From a virus (lineage: Duplodnaviria; Caudoviricetes): a stretch of 24,730 bases of DNA. The notes beneath the pieces were generated by a model, which saw only the letters and a program-made list of their open reading frames with translations, made no database searches and was not told the DNA's origin. Positions within the stretch are counted from its first letter, which is position 1. The number at the start of each line of letters is the position of its first letter. The position numbers were made by a program, and so were the translations under genes. Below, piece after piece: positions 7,656 to 16,476 of the stretch. The stretch is from the IMG/VR virus record IMGVR_UViG_3300027798_000213, positions 1-24,730 of that record; one strand, given 5' to 3'.

Positions 7656-9520
7656 GAATTACCCCTGCGGCCATCTTGCTTAATGTCAATACGTGGACTA
7701 CCAAGCTGCCATGCGCAGCCAATCTGATTAGATTCAACTTGAAGAATCATCTGGCGGCCACGAACCCTGACATATACCTGACCAGTAAACTGCTCAATAA
7801 CAGTTGTTGATGTACGCACAACCGTTGCGTCTGGATTGCCGCCCAAGGATATTGGGTCGTTATAGCCAGAGCCAGAGTTTTGCATGGGGATTAAAGTCAT
7901 GGTTACTGCTGGCGATGCCGCTTCAGATCCACGGAATGTAATATCTGGAAGCATCCGCCATACAAAACCAAAGTGATCGCCATCGTCAATGTCAAACTCA
8001 GCAGAAGAAATAATGGCGTTAATAGGCAGTGTTGTGCCTGTTTCGTTGTTGTCTACACCCTGCTCATGGTTGACCAAGTTATAGTTGTAAGTAGCCGCAA
8101 CAGGAAAATCCCTTAAACCAGAATCAAGCCAAGCTGTACGGCCTAAAGTGCCATAAGACCAAACACCCTCGCCATTGTTTTCAAAGTAATTAAAGGTGAC
8201 ATAGCGGTCAATTTCTGTGCTTCCAGAGGCGCAATAGAACCACCATACCTCATTAAAACCTTCATTGGTTCCAGCAAACACTTGTTCCGCTTGGCTTAAA
8301 TTAATGTCTTGATAAATGTACTGACGCAAGTCACAGCGCAAAGTTTGTAAACGACCATCGTATTTATAGAACTTATCTACGCCCATCCAGTACACCACAC
8401 CCGAAGCAATTACAGCCGCATTCTTTCCAATAATTGATATGTTATCTCCCAGCAACTGGGAACTCCATATTGCTGGTGGGCCTTGATATTGAAATGAATA
8501 TAAAGCCGAGTCAGTAAAAACCACAATTTCCTGTCGAGCTTGGACAACCGTTACGATTTCAGATCCATGAGAAAGAATAATGCTATTAGCTTGGTTAGTT
8601 GCAGATGGTGTCCAGTTAACTACAGACTCTTGATCTGACCAGCGAACAAGCATTGGATTAAGAACCCCTACAGCACTAATATCATCACATCCAAAAGCAA
8701 AAACAAACCGGCTTGTATCTGATACAAAAATAGTGTTTTGTACAGTTGGAACGTCAGAAGCACCAACTAAAGTTGATATGTTTACACCCCTTGTTGTAAC
8801 ACCAGCAGAGGCATCCCAATAATAAATGCCACCACCTCGAGGGCCAAAGATCAAATCCTCGCCAAAGTTATTTTGACTCCACAAACGAATTGAAACAGGC
8901 GTTCCAGATCCAACACCCCATACTCCACCACCCCAAGTTCCAGCACCCCACCCAGTCAAAGGCAAAGCAAAGTCTGGCCCAACATTAATTTGATAAGCAG
9001 CTACAACAGATGCGCCGCCGGATGAGCCAACTGCAATTGCTATAGCGGTAACAATTGTGTAGCTATTTGCATCAATAACTGTAATTTGATATTCAGCATT
9101 AAATGTAGTTGCGTATGTACCTGTAGCCCCACTAAATGTTACAAAGTCACCGGTAATGCCGCCATGAGCCGTATCGGTTACTGTGACAGTGGTAGTGCCA
9201 TTCCCAGTAAATGGGTTGTTATTAATTGTGGAAGATGCACGAATTGGCGTAATATCGTTATATGCACCACCTTGTTCAATATAAAACTTTAAGTTAGTGC
9301 CTACACCCAGTAAATTTAATGAAGTAAGAGTGACCCAGTTCCATAAAGAACGGCAAACTCCCAAGAATGTATAAGAAGAAATGCGCTGCCAACCGCCAAT
9401 TTTTTCAGGCGTACCTTGACGAAACCGCATCTTATCGGAGACATACCAACCATTTTCATTGGTATATCGGGTGTTTTCTTTGTTTACACCCGGTTTCAGT
9501 ACAAGTTTTTTGAGCGTCAT
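7652..9520 (-). CDS. Putative tail nozzle/DNA-stabilisation protein (P22 gp10/T7 gp12-like position), 622 aa
   Basis: Beta-rich with propeller-like repeats (IYYWD, VRWSDQE, VYWMG, EVWWFY). Size and position just before the ejection-type genes fit this role. Confidence 0.6.
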   Translation of the reverse strand: MTLKKLVLKPGVNKENTRYTNENGWYVSDKMRFRQGTPEKIGGWQRISSYTFLGVCRSLWNWVTLTSLNLLGVGTNLKFYIEQGGAYNDITPIRASSTINNNPFTGNGTTTVTVTDTAHGGITGDFVTFSGATGTYATTFNAEYQITVIDANSYTIVTAIAIAVGSSGGASVVAAYQINVGPDFALPLTGWGAGTWGGGVWGVGSGTPVSIRLWSQNNFGEDLIFGPRGGGIYYWDASAGVTTRGVNISTLVGASDVPTVQNTIFVSDTSRFVFAFGCDDISAVGVLNPMLVRWSDQESVVNWTPSATNQANSIILSHGSEIVTVVQARQEIVVFTDSALYSFQYQGPPAIWSSQLLGDNISIIGKNAAVIASGVVYWMGVDKFYKYDGRLQTLRCDLRQYIYQDINLSQAEQVFAGTNEGFNEVWWFYCASGSTEIDRYVTFNYFENNGEGVWSYGTLGRTAWLDSGLRDFPVAATYNYNLVNHEQGVDNNETGTTLPINAIISSAEFDIDDGDHFGFVWRMLPDITFRGSEAASPAVTMTLIPMQNSGSGYNDPISLGGNPDATVVRTSTTVIEQFTGQVYVRVRGRQMILQVESNQIGCAWQLGSPRIDIKQDGRRGNS

Positions 9521-9529
9521 GAGCTACCC

Positions 9530-9967
9530 TTATTTACTGGCAACGCCTTTAGTCTTCTCAAAAGAACGCATACCGGCAATGCCCAAGATGCCTGATAATA
9601 TCACCCAAAGCTGGTCTGCGTCTAGTACTGGCGGGGGATCCATGCCAATAGGAACCCAACCCATAGCTTGCAAGTATTTCCAGCACCATTGGAACAACGG
9701 ATACAGCAGAAACTGATAACCCATAGCCGCTACACCAATCCAACCAATGGCTGGCCTCCAGCCGCTTACAAACACACTGGATGATGCAGCTTCAATCTTA
9801 TTGACTTCAATCTGCGCTAGGTCTGTGGCTTGGTCAATGCGCCTTTCTTCAAGATCAAGCTTACGCTGCTCAATCTCCATTTCCATTTTTTCTTTGTCGG
9901 TGGTGATTAGGTCACCTGCAACCTTACCAACGGCTTCAATAATTGATCCAACGGCAAGCAAGCTCAT
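9530..9967 (-). CDS. Holin-like protein (Holin of 3TMs/GTA holin family), 145 aa
   Basis: FVSGWRPAIGW and LGIAGMRSFEK motifs, hydrophobic helices, coupled to the endolysin by an ATGA overlap. Confidence 0.8.
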   Translation of the reverse strand: MSLLAVGSIIEAVGKVAGDLITTDKEKMEMEIEQRKLDLEERRIDQATDLAQIEVNKIEAASSSVFVSGWRPAIGWIGVAAMGYQFLLYPLFQWCWKYLQAMGWVPIGMDPPPVLDADQLWVILSGILGIAGMRSFEKTKGVASK

Positions 9968-10479
9968 GCTAGACCTTTCAGTGTGCGGTTAATCCAGCCC
10001 TTGAGGAACTTAACCTGCACGGGATTCTTGTTGCATATTTCAACGTAGCGGGCAATCTTTGCCAAAGCGTATGATTCTTTAAACCGCTGACCATCCGTGA
10101 TCTGGTTTAGCTTCTCAACGGTCTTAGCACCAATACCGCCGTCTGGCGTAGCGCCAATGACCAACTGAGCCAGCTTCACAGCCATGCCCATACCTGCGTT
10201 TACACCAAAGTTAAAGATGGTATTGGCCACCTCTTGGTTACTGATCTCGTTACCGCGCATCTTGTCCCAAAACTCTGCACGGTAGAACTCACGCACCATA
10301 GGCGTAAGAGAGCCGCCAAACTCTTTCTTATCCACCAAAGCCCAGCCGGGCCACTGTGGGTTCTTGTTCCTAGCAATACCAGCATAGGTCATGCCGCCCG
10401 TGTCACCGGGTACTTCGTGGAGGACGTAGCCGCCCTCGTCTCTAATCATTTGCTCAAAGGCTGGTTCAAACTGCGCCAT
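9964..10479 (-). CDS. Endolysin, glycoside hydrolase family 108 with C-terminal peptidoglycan-binding (PG_binding_3-like) domain, 171 aa
   Basis: EGGY..D.GG.T..GI catalytic signature, FNFGVNAG, DGGIG.KT, C-terminal KFLKGWINR. Confidence 0.9.
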   Translation of the reverse strand: MAQFEPAFEQMIRDEGGYVLHEVPGDTGGMTYAGIARNKNPQWPGWALVDKKEFGGSLTPMVREFYRAEFWDKMRGNEISNQEVANTIFNFGVNAGMGMAVKLAQLVIGATPDGGIGAKTVEKLNQITDGQRFKESYALAKIARYVEICNKNPVQVKFLKGWINRTLKGLA

Positions 10480-10745
10480 TACTTTTCCTTTGGTTTGTCT
10501 TCATTTTGCATGAGTTTGATACCAGACAGGAACCCAATCATGCCGCCGATAAGAGTAGAAAAAGCGGGTGAAATCATTTTGAAAATTTCTGCGTTGTCCA
10601 CTTCCTTGGCCCATAGTCCTAGCATAAAGGCGGTTACCATTGCCAGCACCGAGACACAAAGGGTGGTGCTTACCATCAGCGTTACGTACAGCGTCAGCTT
10701 TTCCTTTGTCTCCATTGGCGGTTTTGGTGTCGGTTTTCTGGTCAT
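10479..10745 (-). CDS. Two-TM membrane protein, 88 aa (holin/antiholin candidate)
   Basis: Basic N-terminus, two hydrophobic segments, charged C-terminus. TAATG overlap with the endolysin. Confidence 0.65.
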   Translation of the reverse strand: MTRKPTPKPPMETKEKLTLYVTLMVSTTLCVSVLAMVTAFMLGLWAKEVDNAEIFKMISPAFSTLIGGMIGFLSGIKLMQNEDKPKEK

Positions 10746-10981
10746 ACAAGTTTGTCAATCTCGCGTTTAAGGTTTGTGATGTCAATGTTCAGCGTTATCT
10801 GCCGCATCCTGTATTCATAAATCTCATACTCATACTGATGAAACTTCTTCACAGTATTGTCAATCTGCACCTGCAAAGCGTGTTCAGCGTTCTGCTTTTC
10901 CACCTTCTTGATAAACAGTTCCTGTTGCACCATTGCTTGAGGCTGGACGACTGGATACCACTTGTCGTAACTGATCTTCAT
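10742..10981 (-). CDS. Hypothetical protein, 79 aa, coiled-coil-like
   Basis: ATGA overlaps on both sides within the lysis cassette. Confidence 0.65.
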   Translation of the reverse strand: MKISYDKWYPVVQPQAMVQQELFIKKVEKQNAEHALQVQIDNTVKKFHQYEYEIYEYRMRQITLNIDITNLKREIDKLV

Positions 10982-11265
10982 TTCTTTTCACGTTTAAGCG
11001 CCTCTTCATACCCACGCAAAACTAACGCTCTGGCTTCTGCCGAATCTGCTGTACCCGCCCACATGGGCAGGTTGTTCCAGATCACTACGTAGTCTTCTGG
11101 TTTGCAATACTGTGCATTGTTTTTTAGCCAAGCAATCATTTGTTGATGGCGCTCGGACGGGTTGTGAATTGTGTAGCCAATTCCATAGAACTCTCGCACA
11201 TGACAGCCATTCTTGGCTACGGCTCCAACCAGCCCCAACAGCAGTAACAGAATGAGCCAACGCAT
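10978..11265 (-). CDS. Hypothetical exported or membrane-anchored protein, 95 aa
   Basis: Signal-peptide-like MRWLILLLLLGLVGAVA and two Cys. Coupled to the downstream gene. Confidence 0.7.
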   Translation of the reverse strand: MRWLILLLLLGLVGAVAKNGCHVREFYGIGYTIHNPSERHQQMIAWLKNNAQYCKPEDYVVIWNNLPMWAGTADSAEARALVLRGYEEALKREKK

Positions 11266-11268
11266 TTA

Positions 11269-11361
11269 TCACACCAAGCTCCATACAATCATGTACGTAC
11301 TAAAGATTACGAAGGCCACCATACAGGCCGCCGCAATGAATGCTTCAGCCCAGTCTCGCAT
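11269..11361 (-). CDS. 30-aa single-TM microprotein (absent from the ORF track)
   Basis: MRDWAEAFIAAACMVAFVIFSTYMIVWSLV*. Fills the gap exactly, starting in TAATAATG after the upstream stop and ending TGATAAATG before the next start. Confidence 0.65.
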   Translation of the reverse strand: MRDWAEAFIAAACMVAFVIFSTYMIVWSLV

Positions 11362-11363
11362 TA

Positions 11364-12188
11364 TTACGCCGCACTGGTTGGGAATGTTTGACCATTCCAA
11401 ACAATCCTAACAGCCCCAGTAGATGGTTGCCCACCACCAGCACCGCCTGTTGAGTTAGTGCAGCCTCCACCACCACTACCATAAGCGCCACCTGCACCTC
11501 CAAGGCTGCTTGTGCCAGATCGTACATTTGAAGAACCCGGCAGGCCCCCGGAACCGGCTGTGCCAATAGCCGCTGTATTATCGGTTTGTGATGACCCAAC
11601 ACCGCCGCCGCCCGGAGTAACGCTTGTGCCAACATACCCATACAAACCAATTCCACCACCACCAGCACCGGCAAGATCACCCCCAACAGGGCCGCCAGCG
11701 GAGCCAACTCCTCCATTTGCTGTGTAGCCTGCCGCGCCACCACCACCCGAACCTCGATCTGCGCCACTTGCGCCACCTGAAAAATTAGCATCACCGCCTG
11801 AAGCTGTACCGCCAACCGATCCAGTTCCACTTCCACCTTGATTTGCGGTTACACCTTGAAATGATGATGTTGCACCGCCAACAACAACGGTGTAAGAATT
11901 GCCCGGTACTACTGTGATGTTATTTTTATAAGCTAATCCACCGCCACTACCACCACCACCATTACCGCTACCTGCACCACCTGCGCCAACACAGACAACA
12001 GATACGCTAGTCACGCCAGCAGGGCATACCCATGCGTATGTGCCGGGAGTGGTATACACCGCTTCTTGTTCCCGTAAAGCGGCCATATATTGAGCTACTT
12101 GATCCATTGTCCAAATACCGGGCGCAGAAACAATATTAAACTCAACCGGATTTTTAGTAATAAATCCACCGGGGTACTGTTGGGTCAT
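11364..12188 (-). CDS. Glycine-rich domain protein, class B, putative adhesin/fibre head, 274 aa
   Basis: GIWTM N-motif, YTTPGTYAWVCPAGVTSVSVVCVGAGG strand, many GGGGG runs, C-terminal GAVRIVW. Confidence 0.7.
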   Translation of the reverse strand: MTQQYPGGFITKNPVEFNIVSAPGIWTMDQVAQYMAALREQEAVYTTPGTYAWVCPAGVTSVSVVCVGAGGAGSGNGGGGSGGGLAYKNNITVVPGNSYTVVVGGATSSFQGVTANQGGSGTGSVGGTASGGDANFSGGASGADRGSGGGGAAGYTANGGVGSAGGPVGGDLAGAGGGGIGLYGYVGTSVTPGGGGVGSSQTDNTAAIGTAGSGGLPGSSNVRSGTSSLGGAGGAYGSGGGGCTNSTGGAGGGQPSTGAVRIVWNGQTFPTSAA

Positions 12189-13105
12189 ACATCACCTATG
12201 TTTGTTGTTGGGTAAGACCTTCCGGCTCCCCAAATAATGCGAACAACTCCCACGCCACCACCAGTTCCGTATGCACTTGTACCACGGTTACCCACTGTTA
12301 CAGTAATAGTAGTTCCCGGTGTAACGCTAATATTGTTGGCGTAAGACAAACCACCACCACCGCCGCCGCCAGCAAAATTATTCCAGCCAGCGCCGCCGCC
12401 ACCGCCTCCATAAGCGCCGCCAGTTCCGGTAGTTTGTGGGCCAGCACCATTTTCACCATTATTTGATAACGTTGTTCCAATATAAGCGCCGCCACCGCCG
12501 CCTCCGGCTGACTCATAAATTCCGCCCGGCCCAAGCCAATAACCACCACCACCGCCAGCCGCAGAAGATAAAATTGTAGCTTTTGCACCGCCCGTGCCGC
12601 CTACAGGCCCAGCACCTCCAGTAGTTCCACCTTTAGCGGAGTTAGTAGAACTTCCGCCGGAATAAACAGTTCCTGCACCACCCGTTCCGGCAGCGTTGTA
12701 TTCTGTTGTACTACCTGTGCCGCCTGCGCCCCCGGTTAATGTCACAAGACCGCTTGCCGATCCGCTTCCACCGCCACCTGCACCACCTGCACCCGTGCCA
12801 CCGTATGTTCCACTTGCGCCACCATTAGCAACTACGTACGCCCCAAAAGAAGAATTTCCACCAGCAGTTCCTGCTTCGCCACCGCCACCACCTACACAAA
12901 CAACACAGACGCTTATAACGCTATCCGGAACTGTCCATGAGTAAGTCCCAGCCGTTGTAAAAGTTTGTTGGCCGGGAGTTGTAACCCATGCGTTATTGCC
13001 AATTGCTTTAAATTGTTGGCGTAACGTCCATATCCCTACAGCCGCTGTTGTAGAGCTTGTAGCAACTATTGCGGATAACTTAGCCCCAATATAGCGCAGT
13101 GACAT
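12185..13105 (-). CDS. Glycine-rich domain protein, class B, putative adhesin/fibre head, 306 aa
   Basis: GIWTL N-motif, FTTAGTYSWTVP..VCVVCVGGGG, poly-Gly runs, C-terminal GVVRIIWG. Confidence 0.7.
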   Translation of the reverse strand: MSLRYIGAKLSAIVATSSTTAAVGIWTLRQQFKAIGNNAWVTTPGQQTFTTAGTYSWTVPDSVISVCVVCVGGGGGEAGTAGGNSSFGAYVVANGGASGTYGGTGAGGAGGGGSGSASGLVTLTGGAGGTGSTTEYNAAGTGGAGTVYSGGSSTNSAKGGTTGGAGPVGGTGGAKATILSSAAGGGGGYWLGPGGIYESAGGGGGGAYIGTTLSNNGENGAGPQTTGTGGAYGGGGGGAGWNNFAGGGGGGGLSYANNISVTPGTTITVTVGNRGTSAYGTGGGVGVVRIIWGAGRSYPTTNIGDV

Positions 13106-13115
13106 AAGACACCTA

Positions 13116-13487
13116 TTAGGTAATTGCTTCGTAAGAGGCGGTCAATTCAATCGCAGAACCAGTACCAACTGTGACAACAATAGATTGAGATTCCCCAACA
13201 TACATAGATGCCGTCTTATCCACAACAATCAATGAAGCATTGGCTGGGACGGTGATTTGGTATGCAATACGATATGCAGTACCACCGCCGCCAGTCGCGC
13301 TGTTAATTGATACTGTGACAGCCACACCAGTGGCCGTTACATTGGATGCAACAATGCTGTCAAGTTTATTGACCGTGCCAACCGCAGGGGTCAGCGCAGT
13401 CCAAGTTGTAGCAGCAGTGGTGCTGGGGATTAAATATGAAGTATTACCGTAAATACTTGTAACGGTAACAATATTAGGATTAGCCAT
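13116..13487 (-). CDS. Small beta-rich structural/adaptor protein, 123 aa
   Basis: AAGGAG SD. MANPNIV... T/V/S-rich beta-sandwich-like sequence between a fibre gene and the class B Gly-rich genes. Confidence 0.65.
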   Translation of the reverse strand: MANPNIVTVTSIYGNTSYLIPSTTAATTWTALTPAVGTVNKLDSIVASNVTATGVAVTVSINSATGGGGTAYRIAYQITVPANASLIVVDKTASMYVGESQSIVVTVGTGSAIELTASYEAIT

Positions 13488-13496
13488 GAATGCTCC

Positions 13497-14231
13497 TTAA
13501 AATCCAAAAACAAGTGCCAATGCAATAGATTTGCCCGGTGAAACGCCATTAAGATTACTTAAAGCAGTAGCTGCGGTCGTTGCTCCTGTACCGCCAGCGG
13601 CAACAGGAAGTGTTCCAGCCGTCATGGCAGAAGACGATGTGGAATACAAAGCGTTATTGGCGGTAGTCAAAGTGGTCAGCCCAGTACCACCAGCGGCAAC
13701 AGGAAGTGTACCCGCTATCAACACAGAAGCTGACGTTGAATACAGAGCGTTGTTAGCCGCAGTAAAAGTACTTAAGTTTGTACCGCCATTTGCTGTGGGC
13801 AATACACCAGTAAAGTTAGTGGCGCTTGTAGATGAAATCTTTACAAAGTCTGAACCATTCCATGCAATCAAACTTTTTTCGCCAGATATAACAGTGACAC
13901 CAGTAGTTGGGCCAACACCACGAATAACAACCGAACCTGTCCCGGCGTTAATAACTACATAAGCTTTGCTTTGAGCAGGAGCCGTTACATTTCTGGTGGT
14001 TGCACCGTTACTGGCCGTCCAAAGAATTACAGCGCTTCTGGACTGATTTGAAGCACCATTGGTAGTGGTAAGCGTTACATCTGCATCAGCACTTAAAGTA
14101 GTTGTTCCCGCAACAGCGGAGTCAAGCAACGATGTAATCGCGTCATTAACAGTCGTACCCCACGTACCAGACAAATCGCCTGTTGTTGGAAGCGCAAGAC
14201 CCAGCAAGGGTGAGAATGTAGTAACTGCCAT
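13497..14231 (-). CDS. Tail fibre-like scaffold protein, 244 aa
   Basis: N-terminal LGLALPTTGDLSGTWGTTVN fibre-type motif, three LP(V/T)AxGGT repeats, C-terminal GKSIALALVFGF. Confidence 0.7.
   Translation of the reverse strand: MAVTTFSPLLGLALPTTGDLSGTWGTTVNDAITSLLDSAVAGTTTLSADADVTLTTTNGASNQSRSAVILWTASNGATTRNVTAPAQSKAYVVINAGTGSVVIRGVGPTTGVTVISGEKSLIAWNGSDFVKISSTSATNFTGVLPTANGGTNLSTFTAANNALYSTSASVLIAGTLPVAAGGTGLTTLTTANNALYSTSSSAMTAGTLPVAAGGTGATTAATALSNLNGVSPGKSIALALVFGF
13585..13810 (-). repeat. ~96-bp (32-aa) degenerate tandem repeat in the fibre gene
   Basis: ccagcggcaacaggaagtgt occurs at 13594 and 13690. Protein unit ANNALYSTS....AGTLPVAAGGTG occurs twice, plus a partial third copy. Confidence 0.85.
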
Positions 14232-14240
14232 AATGTATCC

Positions 14241-15338
14241 TTAGAAAGTAATTGTGCCAGAAGATGTCCATGTATACACGCGATAACCCCCAGCAACGGT
14301 GATGGTTGGAGATCCGGTAGTAGATGTAGCCGCGCCGTACGTATCTGCATAACGAATAATAGCTATGCCAGAACCCCCAGAGCCACCAAGCGGCCCCCCT
14401 GCATAATTACCAAACCCGCCGCCACCGCCACCCGTATTAGCTGTTCCACTTGTACCAGCCCCCGCAGTATTTCCTGCGCCGCCACCGCCAGCACCGCCAG
14501 CACCGCCGCTTGCTCCACCTGCGTACAACACACCACCGCCGCCGCCGCCCGCATAAGTAACAGATGAACCAGAAATTGATGAAGCAGAACCGGCACCGCC
14601 AGCACCGCCAGTTGAACTTGCGCCAGCACTACCTACCGCAGAAGCGCCGCCACCACCACCTCCGGGATACGGTGAACCACTACCCCCGTTACCACCATTA
14701 GACCCTTGTCCAGAAGTACCTGTGCCACCAATAGAACCTCGACCATCTCCTGCGCCTCCACCACCAGAACCTCCAGCACCGCCGTTATAGTTTGTTGCAT
14801 CAGTAACCCCACCATAACCACCGCCAGTTGAAGTGATAGTACTAAAAACGGAATTAGAACCCGCTGCGGGTGTAGTATAAAGTGCAGTACCTGCTCCACC
14901 AGCGCCAATAGTTACGTTATATGGAGTCCCAGCGGTTATTGAAAATCCTGATGCAGTTCTGTAACCACCCGCACCGCTACCTCCAGCGCAAGCACCGCCA
15001 CCACCCGCCACTACAAGATATTCAATAGTTGGGGGGGCATTTGTAAATGTAGAAATAGTATTCCAGCTATTGGTAACTGTTGAATAAGCCTCTAAAGTAT
15101 TTGTAGTAGTGTTAATACGTATCATCCCATTGGTTGGAGTGCCGGGGCGTTGTGCTGTTGTGCCAATAGGAAGAGTGACCGCGCCAGTGGAATTCAATGT
15201 GGCATTTTGAGATGTATCTACAGTTACTGCTGAAGAGCCGTTTGTCTGAAGCGCAAAAACCCCAGACGAATCCCCATTCTTCTTTACACCGGGAACACCT
15301 GAAATTGCTCCACTATCAGAATTAACTGTTGAGGTCAT
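14241..15338 (-). CDS. Glycine-rich domain protein, class A, putative adhesin/fibre head, 365 aa
   Basis: STGAVTLPIGTTAQRP module, IEYLVVAGGGG, C-terminal IIRYADTY.AATSTTGSPTITVAGGYRVYTWTSSGTITF. Confidence 0.72.
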   Translation of the reverse strand: MTSTVNSDSGAISGVPGVKKNGDSSGVFALQTNGSSAVTVDTSQNATLNSTGAVTLPIGTTAQRPGTPTNGMIRINTTTNTLEAYSTVTNSWNTISTFTNAPPTIEYLVVAGGGGACAGGSGAGGYRTASGFSITAGTPYNVTIGAGGAGTALYTTPAAGSNSVFSTITSTGGGYGGVTDATNYNGGAGGSGGGGAGDGRGSIGGTGTSGQGSNGGNGGSGSPYPGGGGGGASAVGSAGASSTGGAGGAGSASSISGSSVTYAGGGGGGVLYAGGASGGAGGAGGGGAGNTAGAGTSGTANTGGGGGGFGNYAGGPLGGSGGSGIAIIRYADTYGAATSTTGSPTITVAGGYRVYTWTSSGTITF

Positions 15339-15344
15339 GCGGTC

Positions 15345-16469
15345 TTAAAAAGTTATTGTTCCAGATGCAGTCCATTTGTATACACGATAACCGCCAGCAA
15401 CAGTAACAGTGGGGCTGCCAGTAGTAGACGTTGCCGCTGCATAAGTATCTGGATAACGAAGAATAACTACGCCAGAACCACCAAGCCCAGTAGATACCCC
15501 TGCGCCAGAACCGCCCCCGCCGCCTGTATTTGCAGTACCGTTTGTACCGCCAGTGAAGTTATTACCAGTACCGCCACCGCCTGTGCCCGCTGTGCCCGGA
15601 GAAGTAGAGCCGCCCGTGCCCGCCCATACGTCACCTGAACCGCCACCAGCGTATGTAGTTGAAGACCCACTGATTACATAAGCAAGGCCATTGCCGCCGC
15701 TACCACCGTTTGTAGAATTGCCCGCTCCGCCCGCTACGCCAGCGCCGCCGCCACCGCCGCCACCATATCTAGATGCCGTAGAACCCGTTCCACCTGATGT
15801 TCCCTGACCCGCTGTACCAACAGCAGGGGTAGCTGTAGTGTACCAACTACCACCGCCAGAACCACCAGCACTACCAATAGTTCCATCGTTTTGAGATCCG
15901 TATCCACCACCAATAGATGTATATGTATTTGCCCCAATAACTGCAACTGAATTTGACCCGTTTATTTGTGTGCTACCGCCTGCGCCAACTGTGATGGTAT
16001 AGGCAGCCCCGGAAGTAACAGCTATCGCAGCGCCATTAGGGGTTTTTGGTGTTTCAGCGCCATAGTAAAGCAAACCACCAGCACCGCCGCCACCAGCTCG
16101 TCCCGAATTGACTGCGAGACTACCACCCCCGCCACCACCAGCCACAATCAAAAGTTCAATAGTAGGTGTGACATTCACAAACGTAGAAATAGTATTCCAA
16201 GAACTATTAACAGTTGAATAAACTTCAAGAGTTCCAAGAGAAGTATTTATGCGGGTCATGCCGTTGGCTGGAGTTGGGCGCTGGGCTGTAGTGCCAACTG
16301 GGAGAGTTAATGAACCCGTAGAATTAAAGACAACATTCTGATCTGTGCCAATCGTGACCGCAGTCGTGCCGTTTGTTTGAAGCGCAAGAACACCAGACGA
16401 ATCAGCGACTGTCTTTAAACCAGCACTTCCAGATACTGATCCATTGTCGGCGTTAATCGTTGATGGCAT
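15345..16469 (-). CDS. Glycine-rich domain protein, class A, 374 aa
   Basis: GAGG SD. Same modular layout, and the closest N-terminal paralog of 14241..15338. Confidence 0.72.
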   Translation of the reverse strand: MPSTINADNGSVSGSAGLKTVADSSGVLALQTNGTTAVTIGTDQNVVFNSTGSLTLPVGTTAQRPTPANGMTRINTSLGTLEVYSTVNSSWNTISTFVNVTPTIELLIVAGGGGGGSLAVNSGRAGGGGAGGLLYYGAETPKTPNGAAIAVTSGAAYTITVGAGGSTQINGSNSVAVIGANTYTSIGGGYGSQNDGTIGSAGGSGGGSWYTTATPAVGTAGQGTSGGTGSTASRYGGGGGGGAGVAGGAGNSTNGGSGGNGLAYVISGSSTTYAGGGSGDVWAGTGGSTSPGTAGTGGGGTGNNFTGGTNGTANTGGGGGSGAGVSTGLGGSGVVILRYPDTYAAATSTTGSPTVTVAGGYRVYKWTASGTITF

Positions 16470-16476
16470 ACATACC

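Noticed and set aside
10501-11284. Overlapping minus-strand ORFs 10501..10785 and 11006..11284 as embedded Rz1-like spanins
   Set aside because: No signal peptide with a lipobox Cys, and no Pro-rich mature region.
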